From a virus (Duplodnaviria; Caudoviricetes), in IMG/VR virus record IMGVR_UViG_3300033153_007861, positions 1-52,753 of that record: a stretch of DNA of 52,753 bases; one strand, 5' to 3'. Position numbers and translations under genes: made by a program. Shown one piece after another: positions 46,860 through 52,753 of this stretch (positions within the stretch are counted from its first letter, which is position 1; the number at the start of each line of letters is the position of its first letter). The notes below the pieces were generated by a model that saw only the letters and a program-made list of their open reading frames with translations, was not told the origin of the DNA and did no database searches.

Positions 46860-47431
46860 TTAATTTATTTCTAATTGGTATGTTTCGAGCCATACTTCCT
46901 TGTGATATGTGTTTACCTTCCCATAATTAGCATCAAACACCTTATCCATTAATTCAAAATCAAACTCATCCTGCATTTGACGAGCAGTATCCTTAAGTAG
47001 TCTCCAATTGAATTTAATGCCGTGATATTGCAATTGCATTCTCTTTATGCTTGCATAGTCCTTAGATTTATCAAGCTCTATTTTAAGCTTTTTAACTTCT
47101 TTAGATTTTTGTGAAGCTGTGTTCATTGCAGTAGCTGTTTTCTTATCACTTATATAAGATTTGGTTCTAACCGCCTCATCTCTTTGAGTGATAGCTAATT
47201 CTTTTTCCTGCTCTCTAACTATTAATGCTTGCAATGCTTCAATATAAGTTGTTGGTAAATTAGCCTTCAATTTCTTTTCACACTCAATAAAATAATTTCG
47301 TGCTTCCTCACCTTTTTCAGTTCGTGCCATCATAGATAATTTTTTAGCAAAGTCTATTGATAGCTGAAAATCCATAGTCTCATTGCCGTTCGTCTTAATG
47401 ACGAACCCCCTATAATCTTAATTAATTCCAT
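46860..47431 (-). pseudogene. AntA/AntB antirepressor with internal deletion/frameshift
   Basis: RBS and MELIKI at 47431 joined out of frame to DYRGFVIKTNGNETMDFQLSIDFAKKLSM...ARNYFIECEK. Confidence 0.75.
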
Positions 47432-47464
47432 TTTAAACTCCTTTTAATTATTATGATTAATTCC
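47426..47464 (-). repeat. 39-bp inverted repeat, left copy
   Basis: GGAATTAATCATAATAATTAAAAGGAGTTTAAAATGGAA. Confidence 0.9.
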
Positions 47465-47546
47465 AATATAATAAAACAAACTCTATATGTCAATAATTTA
47501 ATTTATCAATTTTATCCTTGACATACAACACCAATAATATTATATT
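47465..47546. promoter_or_regulatory. Back-to-back divergent promoters
   Basis: TTGACA-17-TATATT on the minus strand (47465-47493) and the plus strand (47518-47546). Confidence 0.75.
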
Positions 47547-47552
47547 TACACT

Positions 47553-47900
47553 GTAGATTTTTTCTAATGAATTTATTCAAAGAAAGCTACTCGAATGAAT
47601 CTTATCTGTTTGAAATTACTGTTCGGATTCATCTTAAATAAAGGGGATAGAAGAGTTTAGCATAGCCCCACTGCTGATTGGTGTTAATAACAGGTCGTAA
47701 GCAGGCTAATGAGTGTATATCGCACAATAAACAATACGACATAGGTAGCAATGATATTAAAGCACCCACCTGATTGACAGAGGCTCTATGAAGAATAGAA
47801 TTAGCGGTCAAAGGTAAACACTTTAGGGTATTTTTTTTTAAAATCTTACCCCTAGGATATAGTTTACCTGAAATCAAAAGGATATGAAGAATAGTATTAG
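47553..47900 (+). ncRNA. Candidate structured RNA or long leader
   Basis: ~390-nt stretch without a credible ORF after a promoter, containing about five consecutive stems. Confidence 0.45.
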
Positions 47901-47947
47901 TTATAGTGTATAGTAATAGTAATGTATTTTAATTAAGGAGTTAAGTT

Positions 47948-48346
47948 ATGAAGTTTAAACATTTAGTTATGTTAAAGGAAAATGGTTATTGTCTGGTATA
48001 TAAGAAGTATAGAAAAAGGTTAGTTCGTAGAATATTAAACAATTCATATATGGTGGAGCTTATCCCGTTATTTGAAAATACTAAAAAATGGATTGAAATG
48101 TTTAAACACGATAAATATATTAAGCTTTGTATTCACCCATATATAGGAGACTTAATATACGAGAACATACATAAATATAGTAAAGAACAACAAGAGTATA
48201 TTATTGATGCAATATATAAGTATTCATTCACTACGAGTATATACAATACATCTGCAGTTGCACTAATGAAGCACGGCTACTGTATTCAAGAGTATTTAAA
48301 GTGTAATGTTAAAGCATACAGAGAATATGCGATGGATATTAAATAA
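47948..48346 (+). CDS. Hypothetical protein
   Basis: AAGGAG SD. Confidence 0.65.
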   Translation: MKFKHLVMLKENGYCLVYKKYRKRLVRRILNNSYMVELIPLFENTKKWIEMFKHDKYIKLCIHPYIGDLIYENIHKYSKEQQEYIIDAIYKYSFTTSIYNTSAVALMKHGYCIQEYLKCNVKAYREYAMDIK

Positions 48347-48350
48347 CTCC

Positions 48351-48379
48351 TTGACTTCAAGGTGTGAATTTATTATCTT
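48351..48379 (+). promoter_or_regulatory. Sigma70-type promoter
   Basis: TTGACT-17 bp-TATCTT. Confidence 0.65.
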
Positions 48380-48386
48380 TAGATAA

Positions 48387-48425
48387 GGAATTAATCATAA
48401 TAATCAAAAGGAGTTTAAAATGGAA
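48387..48425 (+). repeat. 39-bp inverted repeat, right copy (1 mismatch)
   Basis: GGAATTAATCATAATAATCAAAAGGAGTTTAAAATGGAA. Confidence 0.9.
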
Positions 48426-48761
48426 CGAAACTTAAGAGAAATTAGTTTTTATGTTAATACAATATGCTCTATACAATTAAGACGAAAATTAAAGGTAGAT
48501 GAAGATGAGATAAGCATATTTGGTATAGTTGTAAATCCTTCTGATTCTATAGAATATATAAACCCAACATTAGCAATAAATACTATTGATGGAAAAGAAT
48601 ATTTGTTTTACTTTAATACTGATGAAGAATTAAACAATGCTTATGAAGATTTTTTAGGAAAAAGTGCAATTTCAAATATAGTCTTAATTTGTGCAACTAC
48701 TACTTGGCAAAATAGTTTTGAAAAAAAGAATATAATTAAAAGGAGTTTAAAATGGAATTAA
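48420..48761 (+). CDS. Hypothetical protein
   Basis: AAGGAG SD. Confidence 0.6.
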   Translation: MERNLREISFYVNTICSIQLRRKLKVDEDEISIFGIVVNPSDSIEYINPTLAINTIDGKEYLFYFNTDEELNNAYEDFLGKSAISNIVLICATTTWQNSFEKKNIIKRSLKWN

Positions 48762-48961
48762 TGAATTTAGGTATTGAAAATAAAGATGGTATGATTTTAG
48801 TGAGTAGTAGGATTGTGGCAGAGAAATTGGAAAAGGAACATAATAAAGTTTTATTAAAAATAAGAGAAGTTTTAACTAAAGCCGAATATGGCTTGAGTGA
48901 ATATAAAGCCACAAGTGGCGACATCTTTTTAAATAAATGTAAAGTAAACAAAGGGGTTTAA
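48752..48961 (+). pseudogene. Truncated Rha family protein
   Basis: VSSRIVAEKLEKEHNKVL..IR...SEYKATSG then ends; lacks the LT..GF/FK..YI core present in 24438..25064. Confidence 0.7.
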
Positions 48962-48962
48962 A

Positions 48963-49670
48963 ATGGAATTAATCAAGATTGAAGTAGTAGAAAATGAAAG
49001 AAGAGTTGATGGTAGAGAGTTATGGAGATTTTTAGAAATTAAAACCGAGTTTGCGAAATGGGTTGATAGATATATTAAAGACTTTGACTTTATTGATGGA
49101 CAGGACTTTTCGTCATTTTTGGACAAAAGTAAAGGTGGTCGACCAAGTAAGGAATATCAATTATCTTTAGATATGGCAAAAGAATTATCTATGTTAGCAA
49201 GAAATGATAAAGGTAAAGAAGCAAGAAAGTATTTTATTGAGTGTGAAAAGAAATTGAAACAAGCACCACAACAACAAGCACCACAAACAAGATTAGAGTG
49301 GATAAAACTAGCATTACAACAAGAAGAAGAAAAACAACAATTACAAATTGAAAAAGATTATGCTGTTAGAACTAAAGCCGAAATTGGCTCGAGACGGGAA
49401 GCAACATCTATGGCAACCGCAAGCAAATTTTCTAAAGAAAACAAGAAGCTTAAAAGTTATATTGGTGAGTGTGAAGATTATGCAACTATCTTAGCAGTTG
49501 AACGAATTTACAAGGATGGTGGTTTTAAGTGGAGAGAACTAAAGAAGTATTGTATAGCTAATGAACTTGAAGTCAAGGAAGCACCAGATAAGCGATTCGG
49601 CAAGGTGAAATCTTATCCTGCTAAAGCTTGGTTAGAACTGTATGGTGTAGAATTAAGCGAGATATTTTAA
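48963..49670 (+). CDS. AntA/AntB-family antirepressor
   Basis: VDGRELWRFLE...GGRPSKEYQLSLDMAKELSM...ARKYFIECEK. Confidence 0.9.
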   Translation: MELIKIEVVENERRVDGRELWRFLEIKTEFAKWVDRYIKDFDFIDGQDFSSFLDKSKGGRPSKEYQLSLDMAKELSMLARNDKGKEARKYFIECEKKLKQAPQQQAPQTRLEWIKLALQQEEEKQQLQIEKDYAVRTKAEIGSRREATSMATASKFSKENKKLKSYIGECEDYATILAVERIYKDGGFKWRELKKYCIANELEVKEAPDKRFGKVKSYPAKAWLELYGVELSEIF

Positions 49671-49677
49671 TAACAAA

Positions 49678-49704
49678 CAAAGCCCTTTAATTAGGGCTTA
49701 TTTT
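49678..49704. terminator. Bidirectional terminator between convergent operons
   Basis: AAGCCCT-TTAATT-AGGGCTT. Confidence 0.7.
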
Positions 49705-49997
49705 AGATATTGTTCCAAGCTCGACTTGTCAATAATTATTCTACCATCTACCTTGTATGAACGAACCTTTTTCTTACTAGCAAGATCATATAGGGCATTC
49801 TTTTCAATATTAAACATAACACTAGCTTGCTTAACTCCTATGAAACCATTAAGTTTCCTTACTTCCTCATACTGAACAAGTTTACCTCGTAGATAACCGT
49901 TTGATTGCCTTATACCTCCCATATTGAGTAATAAAGCAAAGATCGTTATTGCCATTACTGCACATATCCCACCCATTAATCTAATATCTTTTAGCAT
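49698..49997 (-). CDS. N-terminal transmembrane segment plus excisionase-like HTH protein
   Basis: Hydrophobic N-terminus; IGVKQASVMFNIEKNALYDLASKKKVRSYKVDGRIII. Confidence 0.6.
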   Translation of the reverse strand: MLKDIRLMGGICAVMAITIFALLLNMGGIRQSNGYLRGKLVQYEEVRKLNGFIGVKQASVMFNIEKNALYDLASKKKVRSYKVDGRIIIDKSSLEQYLK

Positions 49998-50673
49998 TTA
50001 TCTTCCTTTCAGCATATTCTATTGCTACTGCATGGCTAATTGTATCATCTATGAAATTTGCAAAGTCAGCATATAGACGATATATTTTATTATTCTCAAT
50101 ATCTTCATATAGAAACTTCAATTCATCCTGAAACTGCTCCGTTCTTTCCTTATGATGCCTATTGAAATCACTACTCCATTTAAACCCGACCATATCAATA
50201 GCCTTGATGATGTATTCCTGTGTTTTGCCATCAATAAGATTCAACCAATACTCCAAATGCTTAACATCAACACCTCTTTGTTGCATACTGTTATGAAGCG
50301 ATATGATTTCTTGGCTTTTATTACTAAGAAACTTCTTGACTACTGTATTGGAGACTAATTGTAGTTTCCTATTGGCTAATGCAGATAATTTGTAATCATA
50401 ATTATGTAGTGTAGCTTGAATATCCCTATTGGTTTCAATAACAGTAGTTAATTCAACAATAACTTCGGTATTCCTGTCAGTATCCTTCCCTATCTTATCA
50501 AGCTTAATATTTATGGAATCTAAGGGTTTATTTTTACTTACACCCACTTTGTAATATGCCCAAATACCAAATGCAACTAATATTGACAGTATAATCTGAA
50601 AATATACTGGTTGACCTTTTGTAATAGTAGTTATTTTACTTATCATGGTACTTATTAATGACACACTTTCCAT
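49981..50673 (-). CDS. Membrane-anchored protein of the lysis region
   Basis: Transmembrane segment near the N-terminus followed by a coiled coil. Confidence 0.6.
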   Translation of the reverse strand: MESVSLISTMISKITTITKGQPVYFQIILSILVAFGIWAYYKVGVSKNKPLDSINIKLDKIGKDTDRNTEVIVELTTVIETNRDIQATLHNYDYKLSALANRKLQLVSNTVVKKFLSNKSQEIISLHNSMQQRGVDVKHLEYWLNLIDGKTQEYIIKAIDMVGFKWSSDFNRHHKERTEQFQDELKFLYEDIENNKIYRLYADFANFIDDTISHAVAIEYAERKINAKRY

Positions 50674-50677
50674 TCTA

Positions 50678-51172
50678 TTACCCCTTTATCTGTTGCAATA
50701 ACTCCTTGTTTCTCTTAGCCCTATTTGGTGTTTGTTTTGCATACTGACTATCCATTATCTCGTTCCCAGCATCAAAATATCGTTCATCCCTTAAATATGA
50801 AATAGTTTTTTTGAACTTTTTAAAACCATTCAACCCTAACTGGAATATCATATCATAAACCACAAGCATAGCACTCTCACTTAACATGTTGAGACCGAAG
50901 ATAGTTCTGTATTGTATATCTATCTTTCGAATATCATTCATTAACAATGTGTCTATATTTTCATCGGTCAACATGAAATCATCCCAATCATTAGTATAAT
51001 ATGCTTTCATTTGCTCTTTATTTAGCGAATTTACCTCACTCATACTAAAAGGATTTGTTTCAAGGTTTCTACCTACCCCTATGGTTAAATAGCCAGCAGT
51101 ACACTTGTATGCCTTATATTTAATACCCTCTTCCATTTTCAACTTTTCTATTAATTTATCTATAAACATCAT
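50678..51172 (-). CDS. Endolysin (T4-lysozyme-like muramidase, GH24)
   Basis: EEGIKYKAYKCTAGYLTIGVGRNL, DMIFQLG...FKKFKK and QTPNRA motifs. Confidence 0.92.
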   Translation of the reverse strand: MMFIDKLIEKLKMEEGIKYKAYKCTAGYLTIGVGRNLETNPFSMSEVNSLNKEQMKAYYTNDWDDFMLTDENIDTLLMNDIRKIDIQYRTIFGLNMLSESAMLVVYDMIFQLGLNGFKKFKKTISYLRDERYFDAGNEIMDSQYAKQTPNRAKRNKELLQQIKG

Positions 51173-51660
51173 TAAATATCCCTCTTTTCTTTTTGAGTTT
51201 TTTTAGAGTTTCCAAAATAAAACTTTAATACATCGTTTGGATAGTTTGATACATAACCAAGTAAAATCATAGCTATATCTCGATTACCGCCTTCTAATCC
51301 AATATACAAAATTGTAAACATAAACACGAACGATAACACAACTACCATTAAGGCGAGGTATTCGTCAAATCTTCTAATAAATTTATCATTACTTTGATTA
51401 TCACTAATTGCTTTTGATCTCGTATTAGCCAAATCTTCATTTTCTAATCTTATTAACTCAAGCTCATTATTTATCTCTAATTGTTTAAGTTTAAGAATAT
51501 TCTCTGGATTTTTCAAGGCTTTTTCAATATCATTTTCATTACTCAAACCCAAGGTGTTACAAATCAAGTCCGATACAACATTACCACCGATAGGTAAGGT
51601 TTTCCCCAAGAGTTTCAAGCCATTCCTTGCTAACACTTTCCCTATTTTTTTAAAATTCAT
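51172..51660 (-). CDS. Putative holin
   Basis: Adjacent to the endolysin; two C-terminal TM segments and FYFGNS motif. Confidence 0.7.
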   Translation of the reverse strand: MNFKKIGKVLARNGLKLLGKTLPIGGNVVSDLICNTLGLSNENDIEKALKNPENILKLKQLEINNELELIRLENEDLANTRSKAISDNQSNDKFIRRFDEYLALMVVVLSFVFMFTILYIGLEGGNRDIAMILLGYVSNYPNDVLKFYFGNSKKTQKEKRDI

Positions 51661-51671
51661 AGCTCCATCCT

Positions 51672-51890
51672 TTACATAAAAATTAATGCTATTATAGTTG
51701 AGAATAATAAAATATCACCAAATACAATGATGTAATACAGTATTCTTAATTTCTTATTAAAAATAACCATATTCTCCTTAAAACACCTCCTATAAGCATT
51801 TCTGCTCACCTCATTGATAAGATGAGCAGAATAAAACCCTCCGAAGAGGATCATTATTATTATACTACTGATATTCCAGTTATTGTCCAA
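51672..51890 (-). CDS. Small two-TM membrane protein
   Basis: Two hydrophobic segments upstream of the holin. Confidence 0.55.
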   Translation of the reverse strand: MDNNWNISSIIIMILFGGFYSAHLINEVSRNAYRRCFKENMVIFNKKLRILYYIIVFGDILLFSTIIALIFM

Positions 51891-52753
51891 CCTCGTGCTT
51901 CAAGATTAGTCACTGCAGTATTGCTCGCAGTCGTTCTTGTCATTCCTGTAGCTATGAAATCTCCATTATCTTTAGTGCAGGCTTCATATGCTTCCAATGT
52001 AGCGTCCATATCAGTGCTACTCATAGCAGTGTTTGACAAAATACTGACAAAAGGAACATCATCTCCAGATACATTTACATAAGCTCCTGTTGCATTAACA
52101 CAATTAGTTAAATTTAAACTATTATTTAAATTAGATAAATCTGCCAAATCTCCTGTTATTAGTGAGCAATCAGTTAAGCTTAAATAACTTTTTAAATTAG
52201 GTAAATCTGCCAAATCTCCTGTTATTAGTGAGCATTTAGATAATCCTAAATGCTCAGTCAAATTGGGTAAATCTGATAAATCCCCTGTCATTTCAGTGCA
52301 ATCCATTAATCTGAGATAGTAATTTAAATATTTAAAATCTTTTAAATCACCACGATATAAAGTATTAGTGTCATTATCATTCAACTCAACACCTACACTA
52401 TTAATAAAATCACCTTCTAAAATTACCCTGCCTGCTCTTGTAAGTGTTTTAACAGGTCGTTCTGCTGTCGATGTAGTCCCATCAATGAAATACCATTTTC
52501 TATTAAGTACATTTGTAGCTGAAAAATCAAATACCCCTACTTTTGCGAATAAGGTTATTTGTTGTAAAACTGTATTATTAACCCATTCAGAACCATTATA
52601 AGTATGTTTGCTATGAGTAGTTAAATTATACACTTCGGCACCATCAGTCATTCCAGTTAAAGCATTCATTTCAGTGGTAGTTACTCGTGTTCCGTAACTA
52701 TATGAAGTAGTTGCGATAGTATCAGGAGTTATATCTAATAGTCCGTCAGGTGT
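51860..52753 (-). CDS. Tail-fibre C-terminal part with 22-aa leucine-rich repeats (frame open to the right edge)
   Basis: TPDGLLDITPDT...TTTEMNALTG; (I/M)TGDL(A/S)DL(P/S)NL repeats. Confidence 0.65.
   Translation of the reverse strand, partial: TPDGLLDITPDTIATTSYSYGTRVTTTEMNALTGMTDGAEVYNLTTHSKHTYNGSEWVNNTVLQQITLFAKVGVFDFSATNVLNRKWYFIDGTTSTAERPVKTLTRAGRVILEGDFINSVGVELNDNDTNTLYRGDLKDFKYLNYYLRLMDCTEMTGDLSDLPNLTEHLGLSKCSLITGDLADLPNLKSYLSLTDCSLITGDLADLSNLNNSLNLTNCVNATGAYVNVSGDDVPFVSILSNTAMSSTDMDATLEAYEACTKDNGDFIATGMTRTTASNTAVTNLEARGWTITGISVV

Noticed and set aside
47629-47877. 82-aa minus-strand ORF
   Set aside because: No SD, atypical composition, and antisense to the promoter-driven structured region.
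1-52753. Integrated prophage or Mu-like transposable phage
   Set aside because: No integrase, transposase, att sites or host genes seen; Mu similarity is limited to head morphogenesis genes.

Overview
An AT-rich, near-complete, circularly permuted tailed-phage genome of siphovirus type. It has Mu-like portal/MuF/gpG head genes, a ClpP prohead protease, a tape measure protein and no tail sheath. I see no integrase, DNA polymerase or reverse transcriptase. Layout: 1-20.0 kb is a minus-strand morphogenesis arm with three tRNAs (Ser, Cys, Gln). 20.1-22.4 kb holds an exonuclease and a damaged replication initiator. 22.7-32.8 kb is a plus-strand arm for nucleotide metabolism and recombination (NDT-like, DNA MTase, Rha, AAA ATPase, ThyX, DUF5664). 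32.8-36.9 kb is a likely terminal/early region with DnaA boxes, small genes and tandem promoters. 36.9-47.4 kb is a minus-strand replication arm (RuvC, SSB, primase-helicase, hexapeptide-repeat arrays). 47.5-52.7 kb holds antirepressors, lysis genes and a tail-fibre/LRR gene. Signals not explained by the ORF track: (1) repeated gene 'scars', where only a gene's start and end survive an internal deletion (dcm, rep, antA, two rha, a repeat-gene copy); (2) an in-frame UGA joining a tail tube protein to a LamG domain, beside a second tail-tube paralogue; (3) a c4/CI-like loop-plus-bulge antisense RNA ahead of rep; (4) three promoters that share a spacer element and are each followed by a terminator, resembling lambda Q antitermination; (5) a silent tandem copy of a hexapeptide-repeat gene; (6) a structured ~350-nt candidate ncRNA inside a segment bounded by 39-bp inverted repeats. 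Functional calls come from motif recognition by eye, not database searches.
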